Virus record (IMG/VR): IMGVR_UViG_3300045988_181180
From: a virus
Lineage: Duplodnaviria > Heunggongvirae > Uroviricota > Caudoviricetes
DNA length: 31,729 nt
Reading direction: 5' to 3' (one strand)
Numbering within the stretch: position 1 is the stretch's first letter; every line of letters starts with the position of its first letter. The notes beneath the pieces are model-generated. The model was not told the origin of the DNA, did no database searches, and saw only the letters and a program-made list of their open reading frames with translations. Below are positions 1 through 9,720 of this stretch, piece after piece. Both the position numbers and the translations under genes were made by a program.

Positions 1-1342
1 CATTGCTAGCGCTAGCACCACGAAGGCAGACACGAAAACCGGATGTAGCACCAGACGTATTCCAGAAATAGCTAGTCCAGTAGGTTGACTCGGATGCGCC
101 CGTAGCGGTCGGGAAGTTCTCTAGATGCTCCATCGAGAGCGTCTTGATATAGCCTTCGCCCTTGGTCGGCGAGGTGCTGTAAGCCACCATGCCATCGGTG
201 GAACCTATCGTCCACGTGCCGTAGATGGACGGTGCCACGAGATGGGTCACGGAAGTGTCCTCGTTGCAACGCACCTGCTCGTCATCCATGTGTCGCCACA
301 ATAAGCCGAAGCCATTTTTGTAGCCGAAGAAGGATGGTATCTTGGCGGTATAGACCACGGTGCCATCGTCTTTTTTGACCTCGTAGCTCGCCTCGCCGCA
401 AGCGTCGCCAAGCTCGATGCCAGCCGACATCGGCACGACAGGGCGATAGCCGTTGTAACCACCCCAATCAGGCATCTGTGTCACGCCAGCGCCGAGACCA
501 CCCTGGTAGAGACCGTTGGCATCTTTTTGGCTGTTGACGGCATCCTGGTCGTAGTGGGTGCCGAAGATGACCCCGAAGAGCACGGAGATGGCAGAGGTGT
601 GGCGCATGGTGGTGCAGAGCCAGCCTGTGCCGTTTTTGCGGGCAGCAGCACGCCAGTATTCGGTAGTCTGGTTGGTGGCAGCCTTGCCCAGCATGGTGCG
701 GTTGGTGTTATCTAACGTGGAGTCGTTGTTGCCGCCTCGGTAGTTTGTGCCCTCGTTGATGTAGCTCACCAGCTTGCCTGTGCTGCGCTCTAGCGTGGCG
801 AAGCCAGCGGCGGAGATGCTGCCCACAGGTATCTTGTAATTGTACTCGCCTGGTATCGGCGTAGGGCTGACCATCTCGTAATGGAGTCTGCCCACGGTCT
901 TGATGACCATGTACCACTCCTTGCCCCAGCCCCACTGGTAGTGCCCCTCTGAGCCATCGAGCTTGGCTGTCTCGCCGGTGGCATACTTGTGGTGGTCTTT
1001 GGAGTCGAGCTTGCGACGGGAGTGGTCATTCTTGACCAGATAACAGCCCAGACCCAGCTCCGTTGGTAGGGTCTGCAGTAACTCTAGCGAGCCCACATAA
1101 GTGGCGGCTTTAGGGGTTGCATTGTCGAGGTTCCACACTCGACCACACCAAGGATGCTGTCCCATTTGGACGGCGCTTTTGAGCGACATCTGCTCAGACC
1201 TGCCGGATTTTTTGTCGAAGACCTCGACAATCTTGTCAGTGGCGCTCATGTCTGACTGTGGGAGGTCGTCAACCTGTTGACCTCCATCGAAAGCGGCTAT
1301 GATAGCCTTGAGCTTACTCTCTTCTTCTGATGTTAATGCCAT
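1..1342 (-). CDS. Hypothetical virion/tail-associated protein, 3'-truncated by window edge (ATG at 1342)
   Basis: Hand-checked minus-strand frame from ATG 1342 to position 2 has no stop in 447 codons. It is absent from the ORF track because it has no stop in the window. Same orientation as the upstream fibre-like genes. Confidence 0.6.
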   Translation of the reverse strand, partial: MALTSEEESKLKAIIAAFDGGQQVDDLPQSDMSATDKIVEVFDKKSGRSEQMSLKSAVQMGQHPWCGRVWNLDNATPKAATYVGSLELLQTLPTELGLGCYLVKNDHSRRKLDSKDHHKYATGETAKLDGSEGHYQWGWGKEWYMVIKTVGRLHYEMVSPTPIPGEYNYKIPVGSISAAGFATLERSTGKLVSYINEGTNYRGGNNDSTLDNTNRTMLGKAATNQTTEYWRAAARKNGTGWLCTTMRHTSAISVLFGVIFGTHYDQDAVNSQKDANGLYQGGLGAGVTQMPDWGGYNGYRPVVPMSAGIELGDACGEASYEVKKDDGTVVYTAKIPSFFGYKNGFGLLWRHMDDEQVRCNEDTSVTHLVAPSIYGTWTIGSTDGMVAYSTSPTKGEGYIKTLSMEHLENFPTATGASESTYWTSYFWNTSGATSGFRVCLRGASASN

Positions 1343-1364
1343 AATAAAAATTATATTTAATCGA

Positions 1365-2129
1365 TTAAACAATGCGTAATTTATCACCAACTTTTCTAAG
1401 CTTGCCCGATGCCGACAGGCGAAGGCGAGGCTGGCGCACGGTGATGCTGACCTCTTGCCAGAGCGGTGTGTTGGCGGTGGGGATGACCCAGAACTTGGTG
1501 GTGCCCTCGCCCTTGATGATGAGGTTGCCGCTTGGGTCTGCCACGAGCGAGTCGCCCTCGGCTCGCTGGAAGAGCACGCTCTGAGGGAGGTAGCTCGGCA
1601 GGATCTGCACGGCGATGCGCAGAGCCACCTTGTTGCGTAGGCTTATCTCGGGGAGATAGGTCAGGTTCATGCGAGCTGGCGCGATGAAGCCTGTGGTTAT
1701 CTGAGCGGCGAGACCATCCATCTGCGCTATCTTGGCATCGGCTCGCTTGGATGCCGCGTCAGCCTCTGCAGCCTTGGTCTCTGCCAAGGCTGCCTGTGAT
1801 GCTGCAGCCTCGCCCTGCTCGCCAGCCGCCTTGGCTGCGCTCTGGGCGAGGTTAGCCGCCTTGTTGGCATCGTCGGCCGCACCCTGCGCTCTGACGGTCG
1901 GTGTCTTGTCGAGCCACAAGCGCCACTTGGCGTTGGTATCTGAAGGAGTCGTCGTGTTGCCATCCTCTAGGGAGGCGAAGACTCCTGACGATGTGTGAAC
2001 GATGTCGCCCTCGTCGTAGCCCTTGACGGTCTGGCCATCCTCATCTTGATAGGAGTAGCCCGACTGCCAGGTGCCCTGGTCGGTGAAGGCGACATTGCCC
2101 ACGATAATGATGTTTGTGTTATCTGCCAT
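1365..2129 (-). CDS. Hypothetical Ala-rich coiled-coil protein, possible tail fibre or appendage component
   Basis: 254-aa ORF with ATG start; central Ala/Lys/Glu-rich low-complexity segment typical of coiled-coil shafts; lies in the tail-distal operon. Confidence 0.5.
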   Translation of the reverse strand: MADNTNIIIVGNVAFTDQGTWQSGYSYQDEDGQTVKGYDEGDIVHTSSGVFASLEDGNTTTPSDTNAKWRLWLDKTPTVRAQGAADDANKAANLAQSAAKAAGEQGEAAASQAALAETKAAEADAASKRADAKIAQMDGLAAQITTGFIAPARMNLTYLPEISLRNKVALRIAVQILPSYLPQSVLFQRAEGDSLVADPSGNLIIKGEGTTKFWVIPTANTPLWQEVSITVRQPRLRLSASGKLRKVGDKLRIV

Positions 2130-2135
2130 AATGAT

Positions 2136-2999
2136 TTATACTTTAATGACTAACTTGTTTCTGCGCTTGACAACGTGTTCAGCGACATGACTGCCGTAGT
2201 CGATCATGAGGAGTTTGTTGCGCCGTTGACGGAACGCCGGATACATGGCACCGCCTCGGGCGATGACTCCTGTATCGACATAGGTGTGCTTGGAGAGATC
2301 CCACTGCCACCAGTTGCCGTTGTCGCCCATCTTGGGTGGATGGTCGTTGAGCTCCTGGGCTAGGTTGGTCTGCTTCTCGCTCTCGGTGAGGGCTGTGAGC
2401 GTATCATCGATGCGCTTGTTCTCGGCGGTGACACGACCCGCCTCGGCGGCTATGCGAGCATTTTCGGCTGTCGCTCGCTTGATCTCTGAATCCATGCGAG
2501 CTTGCTCTTGGGACTGTCGGGTCTGCTCGGCAGCTTGTCTCTTGGCCACGTTGCTCTCAATGGCAGCCTTGGAAGAGAGCGTGGCTTCGGTCGCCTGTTT
2601 GGCAGCCTCGGTCTGCGACTTGCTGGCACTGACCGCATCCTCTACCTTTTTGCGTTCGGCGGTGAGGTCAGTTGTCGCCTTGTTGACGCTAGCCGCCGCA
2701 TCGTTGGCTTTGCCAGCTGCGGTGTTGGCCTCCTCTGTCGCCTGTTTCGCCTCCTCTGTCGCCTGTTTCGCCTCCTCGATGCGGATATCCACATCTTTAG
2801 TCAAGAGTGACAGCGGTGCGATGACTTGCTTTTGCACACCGTCTTTGCTGTAGAGGGCGGGCATCGTACTGATGCCATCGAGCGAGGTGGCGAGCTCGCA
2901 AGAGAAGATGTTCTTGCTGTGCCGCTGTAGATATTCGTTGAACTTAGGTAAGAGCCGGGCGCATAGCGCCTCGAACTCTGTGTCATTCTCTATGCCCAT
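2136..2999 (-). CDS. Hypothetical coiled-coil protein with tandem EEAKQAT heptad repeat, possible fibre or appendage
   Basis: 287-aa ORF with ATG start; the repeat EEAKQATEEAKQATEEA is encoded by a 21-bp tandem DNA repeat; 7-nt gap to the next gene. Confidence 0.5.
   Translation of the reverse strand: MGIENDTEFEALCARLLPKFNEYLQRHSKNIFSCELATSLDGISTMPALYSKDGVQKQVIAPLSLLTKDVDIRIEEAKQATEEAKQATEEANTAAGKANDAAASVNKATTDLTAERKKVEDAVSASKSQTEAAKQATEATLSSKAAIESNVAKRQAAEQTRQSQEQARMDSEIKRATAENARIAAEAGRVTAENKRIDDTLTALTESEKQTNLAQELNDHPPKMGDNGNWWQWDLSKHTYVDTGVIARGGAMYPAFRQRRNKLLMIDYGSHVAEHVVKRRNKLVIKV
2728..2777. repeat. 21-bp tandem repeat, 2.4 copies, inside a coding sequence (encodes the EEAKQAT repeats)
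   Basis: GCCTCCTCTGTCGCCTGTTTC occurs at 2728..2748 and 2749..2769, followed by a partial copy. The unit is in frame (7 codons). Confidence 0.7.
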
Positions 3000-3002
3000 A
3001 GG

Positions 3003-3299
3003 CTATGATTTTAAGATGTCCTGTTTCCACTCGGCAATCTTGGCGAAGACAGCCCCTGCCTCTTCATCGCTCAGCACGGCAGTGTTGATGCGACATGAGA
3101 GGTTGGTATCCATAAAGCTGATGTTTCCAGCACCGCTCTCGGAGGCTGGTGCATCATCTTTGGACTCTGTACGTTTATAGACCTCACCGGAAAAAGAGAC
3201 CTTGTCATCTCGCTTTGTCTTGGTGAACTTGACGAAAACGCCTGTAACAACCTCAATCTCCTGGATGTCGGTTGTCGTAACTGTTGACTCTACCTTCAT
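3003..3299 (-). CDS. Hypothetical protein
   Basis: 98-aa ORF with ATG start, tightly packed in the operon (3-nt gaps on each side). Confidence 0.45.
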   Translation of the reverse strand: MKVESTVTTTDIQEIEVVTGVFVKFTKTKRDDKVSFSGEVYKRTESKDDAPASESGAGNISFMDTNLSCRINTAVLSDEEAGAVFAKIAEWKQDILKS

Positions 3300-3301
3300 A
3301 A

Positions 3302-3604
3302 TTAATCTTGCTCTATTAGTTTAACAATCTGACAATATACCCCTGGCACCAAGGAAGCCTTGGCGACCTCTTTGATCATGGTTAAGTCTTCGGTCGTACA
3401 CTCGACCTCACTTGGTTTAGTGTGCATCTGCACACTCAGGTTGTAGGCTCTCTTAAGAGACTCATCATCAGCCTTGACGCTGTTATTGCTTCCGTTGAAC
3501 AGATGAAGTCCGAGCACCTCATTCATCATCTGAGGCTGTCCGTTGCTGTCTGTCATCACCCCGCCCCTGTAGTTACGGATGGCGACCTTAAAATTTCTTT
3601 TCAT
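3302..3604 (-). CDS. Hypothetical protein
   Basis: 100-aa ORF with ATG start, 18 nt downstream of the large 1159-aa gene. Confidence 0.45.
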   Translation of the reverse strand: MKRNFKVAIRNYRGGVMTDSNGQPQMMNEVLGLHLFNGSNNSVKADDESLKRAYNLSVQMHTKPSEVECTTEDLTMIKEVAKASLVPGVYCQIVKLIEQD

Positions 3605-3622
3605 ATCTGTCTAAGTTTAAAA

Positions 3623-6600
3623 TTAATATGCGTGGTTCAGCTTGCGCGCTGTGTATTTGGTCGTGTAGTCACTCACCTTGTTGCCCATGGTTGAGTTATA
3701 GACCAGCAGGAACGTCGCACTGTCGCCCTGTCCCATCTCTATGTAATCTTTGTTGCCGCAGTTCTCATCGAGAATCAAAGGTAACTCCTCTTTGTTCCAT
3801 GCGTAGGAATCGCTTTTGTCTTTGATCTTGTTGCGCCCATAAATGAAGAAGTTTGTCGTGCCTGGCTCAGCGACCACCGTAAATGTCACGGCGAAGTTGG
3901 TAGATGAGCCACAGCCTAATGCGCTGCGCACCTCAGACAGTGTTGGCAGCGTTATGCCGCTTGACGAGACGTAGCTGTAGATGAGCCAGACGTTATTCTC
4001 AGAAATCTTGGCATAGCCATTATAGATGGTGTTTTTTGTGCTAAGCGCATATCTGCTATACTTATATCCACCTATCCATCCATTGAGTACGCCATTGCCA
4101 GCACCTGTGAAAGCAAAATTATAGGCACCGTTTTTAGCCGAGAGTATGGCTGCGATATTGTAACCAAGCCCCCACCAGTCGCTGCTGTCCTCATTTTCGA
4201 ATCGAGCCACCGCACGCTGTCCTGATGACGCTGGTAGTACGTTGCCACCGATGCCCGCAAAGCATTTATGGGTATCGTTGCGAAATATGATGTATGCATC
4301 ATTGGTAAATGGGTCGTTTGTCAGACCCGTGCCCTGGATAGTGAATCCAGCGATCTTGCCCGCCAATGCCTCCATGGAGCCATCTTTGTTGATTTTGAAA
4401 TTGCTGTTGGCCGTGACCACACCGTTAAGGTTGATTTGGTCTGCCGTGATGGTGGCAGAGGAGATGCCGTTGGCAATCATTGTCTTGATGGTAGCCTCGG
4501 ATAGAATCTTGCCATCGACACCCTCGATTTTTGTAGTCAGCGCATTGTAGTCTGCCGTCACAAGCAAGCCACCTTTGTTTTTGAGCGTGCCATCGGCATT
4601 GAATCGCTCGCTCATCAGGGCGTTGTAGTCAGCGGTGGTGATAAGATAGCTCGTATCTTTGAGCTTGCCATTGGCATCGAAACGAGCAACTGCCGAAGAC
4701 CACGAATCGGCGTTTTGACTGACCAACGATATAGTCGGACCATAATCGTTGCGTATGTCTGAGCCTACGCTGTCGGCGTGTCTCCTGGCTTCGGCAACGG
4801 AACTGTTGAGGGCATTGTAGTTGTCAGACATAGTCCCTTGCAAAGTGTTTTTGGCTGCATTCAGCTCGTCTTTTGTCGCAGCCTTGCCCACCGTGGTATT
4901 GATGCCATTGACCGTTATCTTTAACTCAGCGAGTGCCGCCTTGGTGCCGTTGGCAGTATTGGTGACGCTCTCGACACGTGCAGTGATGCTGTCGATGTCG
5001 GTGTAGATGCCAGAAATTTTCTCGTTTGTGCTATCCTGCCAGGTGTTGATGAGGTCGATGCGACCTGCCTCTATCTCTATTCTTGACGAGAGTGTTGTGT
5101 TGAGTTCGCCGTATCTCTTATCGACATATAGGCGTATTGCCTCTTTCTCAGCGTCCAGCTCGATGCCGAGCTGAGTTGTGGTACCATTGACCTTGTCGAT
5201 GTTTTGTCCCAGCAGCTTGATGTTTTTGGCCGTCTGAAGTATTTGTGTCGAGACGGTCTTGCTCAGGTTGTCGAGCGGCTCGTCGGTGATGGTGAGCAGC
5301 GCGACGTAGATGTCTCCTGTATATCGGAGCACGAAGTCGCCGGTGCCATTCCACTTGCCATTTAGCTCTACCGTCTGCCACTCTGCCGAGTATGGCACGC
5401 TGACGCTCTGGGCTGACAGGTCGTTGGTCTTGCCTTCGACAGCCTTGCAACCCTCGAAGCCAAAGGTGAGGGTGCCAGCAGTCTTGGCGTAGATGCGAGC
5501 ACTTATATATAAGGTGTCTTGCACCTCGGTGTAGTCATCGCCAGTGGTGTTCATGCCATCCTCGCCTTTTTCTGCCGATGGCTGGGTATATTCCTTGTGG
5601 GTACCGGGTTTGCGGATGAGATCATTGGCTTGTTTGATGCCGCTGTCCTGTATGTGCAGCATGTTGCGACCCTCGTTGTTGTCGATGCTCACTCGGTGGT
5701 TGCCACTCACGGTGGCGGCACCATTGACCATGACAGGTAAGCCATTGGCATCGACCCAGAACTGGGACTCGTCTGTATCGTCGATGGTCCAGCCATCAAT
5801 GAGCTGCTCATCGTTATAGCCTATCGCCGTCAGAAACTGACCGTTATGGAGGTAGTTGTTCTCCTCTGTCGCCTCGTAGGAGGTCTGTGCGAAGCGGGTG
5901 GCGAACTGGTTCTGCAGCATCTGTATTTTGGTGTCGATGCTCTCACCTGTGCGGCGGAGCACGAAGTCGCCCGTGGCGTAGAGGTTCTGCAGGAACTCAC
6001 CGAAGCCTGATAGTGCACCGAAGAGTGGATGGGTGATGCCCCGTAAGTTGCCGAGGCGACCTTTGAGCGCATTGTCTGGGTCTGTCTTGAGACCATAGAT
6101 GATGTCCATGTAGGGCGTATCGCTGCCCACAGTCATCATCTGTATGATGCCCTTGCGGTCGGGGTCGGTGAGGTTGTCGACCCTAACAAAAGTGTCTCGC
6201 TTGGTGATGAGCTGCTCTGCGGTGGCACCCTCCATCGATGAGGTGAAGTTCTTGAACTTGACCCATGCTAGCATATCCTCGCCACTGCCCTCGCTGCCCA
6301 CCTCTGTCACGATAAGCTCGTATCGCTTGGTGACATAGTGATTGTTTTCGGTGGAGGGCATGCCATTGTACTGCTGCACCATCACGTAGTCATCCTTGCG
6401 GAATGGGTTGTACATCCTGCCCTCGTGGGTGTCGAGATAGACCCTGCCTGTCTCTGGATCGTAGTGGTCAACCTCTAGCATCGCCGTGAAGATGCGGTTG
6501 TCATTCTCGCCCAAGAGTTGGGAGATAATCATCTCGAAGATGCGCATGGTACCACGCACGATGAGATTATCGAGCTCTAGACCATACCTATTCTCTTGCA

Positions 6601-7102
6601 CCCCGGCAGCGTTGGTCGTGGGGTTGTTGGCGAGTCGCCAGCCCTTGCCATCGAGGAAGCCCGAGACGAAGTCGGGAGAGCCTATGGTATCGTCAAAACG
6701 AGCAGCGCCCTTGACGTGCAGCGCACTGACTGTCGCCAAGCCCCACGCCAGGATCTCTTCGATGCAAAGCTTGTAACCCCCATTCTCTTTTGTGGCGAGG
6801 CAGAAGCCTTTTTGACCAGCCTCGGAGTAGTCATCAGTGGCGATGGAGTGGGCGATGATGTCGCCCTCTTTGGAGAAAGAAAAGAGGTTGCCTATCTTGA
6901 TGCCCTTGAGAAAGGTGATGAGCCCATGGGCTGTATCGTCGTTGATGGCGGAGAGTTTATCGTTGTCAGCAGAGGAAGCATAGTCGAGCAGGGACAGGAA
7001 GGCGTTGCCAATGCGGCTTGCCGTATTGGCGTGCTTGACTCTCTCGTCACGGATGCCCTCGAAAGCCTCTCTGATTTTGTTGATGTCTTTATTTTCTGCC
7101 AT
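3623..7102 (-). CDS. Large virion protein, putative tail fibre / host-specificity protein
   Basis: 1159-aa ORF with ATG start; Thr/Asn/Gly-rich with repetitive segments; own -7 box upstream; followed by fibre-like genes. Function is inferred from size, composition and position only. Confidence 0.55.
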   Translation of the reverse strand: MAENKDINKIREAFEGIRDERVKHANTASRIGNAFLSLLDYASSADNDKLSAINDDTAHGLITFLKGIKIGNLFSFSKEGDIIAHSIATDDYSEAGQKGFCLATKENGGYKLCIEEILAWGLATVSALHVKGAARFDDTIGSPDFVSGFLDGKGWRLANNPTTNAAGVQENRYGLELDNLIVRGTMRIFEMIISQLLGENDNRIFTAMLEVDHYDPETGRVYLDTHEGRMYNPFRKDDYVMVQQYNGMPSTENNHYVTKRYELIVTEVGSEGSGEDMLAWVKFKNFTSSMEGATAEQLITKRDTFVRVDNLTDPDRKGIIQMMTVGSDTPYMDIIYGLKTDPDNALKGRLGNLRGITHPLFGALSGFGEFLQNLYATGDFVLRRTGESIDTKIQMLQNQFATRFAQTSYEATEENNYLHNGQFLTAIGYNDEQLIDGWTIDDTDESQFWVDANGLPVMVNGAATVSGNHRVSIDNNEGRNMLHIQDSGIKQANDLIRKPGTHKEYTQPSAEKGEDGMNTTGDDYTEVQDTLYISARIYAKTAGTLTFGFEGCKAVEGKTNDLSAQSVSVPYSAEWQTVELNGKWNGTGDFVLRYTGDIYVALLTITDEPLDNLSKTVSTQILQTAKNIKLLGQNIDKVNGTTTQLGIELDAEKEAIRLYVDKRYGELNTTLSSRIEIEAGRIDLINTWQDSTNEKISGIYTDIDSITARVESVTNTANGTKAALAELKITVNGINTTVGKAATKDELNAAKNTLQGTMSDNYNALNSSVAEARRHADSVGSDIRNDYGPTISLVSQNADSWSSAVARFDANGKLKDTSYLITTADYNALMSERFNADGTLKNKGGLLVTADYNALTTKIEGVDGKILSEATIKTMIANGISSATITADQINLNGVVTANSNFKINKDGSMEALAGKIAGFTIQGTGLTNDPFTNDAYIIFRNDTHKCFAGIGGNVLPASSGQRAVARFENEDSSDWWGLGYNIAAILSAKNGAYNFAFTGAGNGVLNGWIGGYKYSRYALSTKNTIYNGYAKISENNVWLIYSYVSSSGITLPTLSEVRSALGCGSSTNFAVTFTVVAEPGTTNFFIYGRNKIKDKSDSYAWNKEELPLILDENCGNKDYIEMGQGDSATFLLVYNSTMGNKVSDYTTKYTARKLNHAY

Positions 7103-7118
7103 ATTTTTTATTTTGATG

Positions 7119-7126
7119 CAAAGATA
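7119..7126 (-). promoter_or_regulatory. Candidate Bacteroidota-type -7 promoter box (coding strand TATCTTTG)
   Basis: Plus strand reads CAAAGATA inside TGCAAAGATA, 16 nt upstream of the ATG at 7102. Confidence 0.45.
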
Positions 7127-7154
7127 GGTATGATGAGAACTATATAAAAATACG

Positions 7155-7613
7155 CTAGATCGGTGTGCCGAACATCTGCTTGAAGATGTCTGCCATCAGT
7201 CCCTGGTACTCATCGCCATAGAAGTAGCCCTCCATGTCGTTGAGCTTCATGATGGAGGCGTAGTACTTGCGATTGAACCATGGACGGCGCTGTCGTGGCT
7301 CGCCGAGGTTGTGCTTGGCACGGTACTCAGGGTCGAGGAACTCTAGGTCGCCGGGGTTGCCATGGTAATAGCCATTGCCTGTGCCCGTCTCTTGGTAGAG
7401 ACCGTAGAGCAGGAACTTGTGGGCTATCTGGCGAGAGGAACCGCCAAAGGATGTGGCTTGGACAGAGCTGAAGAGGGCACCGGTATGTCGGATGCGATAG
7501 TGGATGATTTTCTCTTTCCAGATATGCACCATCTCCTCTGCCCATCCTCGCTCGTAGGCGTAGATGTCCTCTTGTGAGACGGGTTGCTTGATGTCATTCG
7601 TTCCATTCCTCAT
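7155..7613 (-). CDS. Hypothetical morphogenesis protein
   Basis: 152-aa ORF with ATG start, overlaps the upstream gene by 20 nt. Confidence 0.5.
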   Translation of the reverse strand: MRNGTNDIKQPVSQEDIYAYERGWAEEMVHIWKEKIIHYRIRHTGALFSSVQATSFGGSSRQIAHKFLLYGLYQETGTGNGYYHGNPGDLEFLDPEYRAKHNLGEPRQRRPWFNRKYYASIMKLNDMEGYFYGDEYQGLMADIFKQMFGTPI

Positions 7614-8124
7614 AATTATACTCCAGGTCTAGTGGCTCGCTCACGTCAAGATGGAACTCGACGCCTGTGAGACCGTTGATGAAATAGGCACCTATCTCTC
7701 GGCTGTCTATCTGGTCGCTGAGGGTGTAGGTGTTATAGTTGTCTTGCCAGTTGTATTTGTCGATGACAATCTTGCTCAGGAACTGTCGGAATATCTTGCG
7801 GCAGGTGTTGAGCTTCTCTTGTCGGTCGTTCATGTCGAACTGTTTGTATCGCATGAGAATCCACACGGTATAGGTCATCACCTTGCGATAGCTGCCATCG
7901 CCGTTGATGGCGACGTTGCCCTCGTTGGTGTCGTCGATGACCACGAAGTTTTTGCTCTTCGCCATATTCTGTAGCATGCCCTCAAACGAGGCAGGGGTGC
8001 TGCAGGTGGTTGGAGTGAAGCCAAGCTCGGAGGTGAGCTTGTTTTGGCGGGTGAGGTCTCTAAAGTAAGAGAAGGCATCGAACCCCACCTGAGTGTCGGG
8101 AGTCTTAACATCTGTACTGATCAT
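7594..8124 (-). CDS. Hypothetical morphogenesis protein
   Basis: 176-aa ORF; ATGA start/stop overlap with the upstream gene at 8121..8124, indicating translational coupling. Confidence 0.5.
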   Translation of the reverse strand: MISTDVKTPDTQVGFDAFSYFRDLTRQNKLTSELGFTPTTCSTPASFEGMLQNMAKSKNFVVIDDTNEGNVAINGDGSYRKVMTYTVWILMRYKQFDMNDRQEKLNTCRKIFRQFLSKIVIDKYNWQDNYNTYTLSDQIDSREIGAYFINGLTGVEFHLDVSEPLDLEYNYEEWNE

Positions 8125-8918
8125 GATTTTTGTTTTAATCGTTTGTCTAACTCGTCAGCCTCGCGAGCCTTGGCATCCAGTTCGGTGAGTGCTCGCCATA
8201 CGTCTGAGTCTCTAATCTGCCCTTCTTTGGTGATGTCGCCGCCCGTGAGGGCACGGATCTGGGCGTTCATCGCCTCTATCATATCGTAGTCGCCATCAGC
8301 TGAAGCTGGCTTGAAGAGGTGTGGAAAACTTGTGGAAAAGTTTTGCTTGACCCACATGAACCACAGGAAGGCACCCATCACCTCGACTGGCGTACACTCG
8401 ATATGTTCGGGTGGGTTGCCCTTGGCATCGAGATAGAGGTAGCGCATCATCTCTCTGAGCGGTGCGTCGCTCGACTGGTCTGACTGCAGAAACTGCTGGA
8501 AGTAGTTGTCGGCGATGAGGTAATGTTGAAATGGGTACTCGTGCAGCTCGATGTCGGCGGCTTGGAAAAGCCCGATATGATCGAGGCGGTTGTCTGCGCC
8601 CTTGCCGTCGAATATGTAGTCGAAGGCTTGGCAGAAGTCTTGCACTTGCCATAGCTGAAGGAAGAAGCGCACAGTCTTGCCACTGTCTAGCTGGGTTTGG
8701 CAGAGCCAGCCGTCTTTTTTCTCGTTGAGCACCTCGATGCCAGCGAAGCGAGCGAAGAGGTAGGTGCGCACCTGCCACTCTTGCCACCCTTGGGTGAGGA
8801 GGTAGAGCACGTAGCGCAGCTGGTCTTGGGTGAGCTCGCCCCAGGAGTGAGGCACGTGGAGGTTGAGCGTGCCGTCAGCCAGCAAAGAAGAAGGTTGTGT
8901 CGTCAGCATTGTTTTCAT
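8121..8918 (-). CDS. Hypothetical morphogenesis protein
   Basis: 265-aa ORF with ATG start in the long structural operon. Confidence 0.5.
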   Translation of the reverse strand: MKTMLTTQPSSLLADGTLNLHVPHSWGELTQDQLRYVLYLLTQGWQEWQVRTYLFARFAGIEVLNEKKDGWLCQTQLDSGKTVRFFLQLWQVQDFCQAFDYIFDGKGADNRLDHIGLFQAADIELHEYPFQHYLIADNYFQQFLQSDQSSDAPLREMMRYLYLDAKGNPPEHIECTPVEVMGAFLWFMWVKQNFSTSFPHLFKPASADGDYDMIEAMNAQIRALTGGDITKEGQIRDSDVWRALTELDAKAREADELDKRLKQKS

Positions 8919-9720
8919 AAGCTATATTGTGGCTAGCCTTGTAGGCGGTGGAATCTCTATATTTGGCGAAGTCATCGATGTTATCGTCTATGAGGGAGAG
9001 TAGGCTGAAGAAGAGTTTGTCTCTCGCCCTGAGGTCGATGGAATCGCCGTTTTTTGTGATATGGCACCCGATGAAATCGTAGATGCGCATGATGGCGACC
9101 CGATGGGAGGTGGTCGGGAACTGAGCCTTGCGCTCCTCTTCGAGCAACTGGTCTATCTGTGCATCGGAGAGCTCTCGGCGCAGGAAGGTCTCGGCTTGGT
9201 CTATCTCGCCCTTGTGCGCCACGAGGTCATCGAAGGTAAGCTTGCCGGGGATGCCGCAGAACTTGTTGAGGATGTATGGCGACCAAATGAAGGAGCGGAT
9301 GGTGTTGAAGGCTTGCAAGCTGTCAGCCCAGCCCTCGACCTGTCGCAATCGGTTGATGACGTTGTGCTGGGCGTAGTCTCGCCTGTAGGCAAGCTCGTGC
9401 TCCATGGCATCGACACGAGCCTGTGAGGCTGGGGCGATGTTGTCGTTGGAGACCACCCCGAAGCCGTTGTCGGTCATGATGATGTCGTGGGAGTGGAGAC
9501 TATCGAGGAAGGTGGCCAGTATGACATAGTCTCTGGCGTAGCGCTGCAGGGGCGAGTCTTCGGTCGAGACCGCTTGCTCGGCATCTGCGCCCACGACGGT
9601 GGCGATAAGATCGTCAAAATGGTTCTCGAAGGATGGCTGCATCTTGGTGAAGACATCCTCGGAGGCTGCCGCCACGAATGGCAGCAGCTGCTCGAACTGG
9701 TTTATATCAATCTGTATCAT
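8875..9720 (-). CDS. Hypothetical morphogenesis protein
   Basis: 281-aa ORF with ATG start; overlaps neighbours by 44 nt and 14 nt. Confidence 0.5.
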   Translation of the reverse strand: MIQIDINQFEQLLPFVAAASEDVFTKMQPSFENHFDDLIATVVGADAEQAVSTEDSPLQRYARDYVILATFLDSLHSHDIIMTDNGFGVVSNDNIAPASQARVDAMEHELAYRRDYAQHNVINRLRQVEGWADSLQAFNTIRSFIWSPYILNKFCGIPGKLTFDDLVAHKGEIDQAETFLRRELSDAQIDQLLEEERKAQFPTTSHRVAIMRIYDFIGCHITKNGDSIDLRARDKLFFSLLSLIDDNIDDFAKYRDSTAYKASHNIAYENNADDTTFFFAG

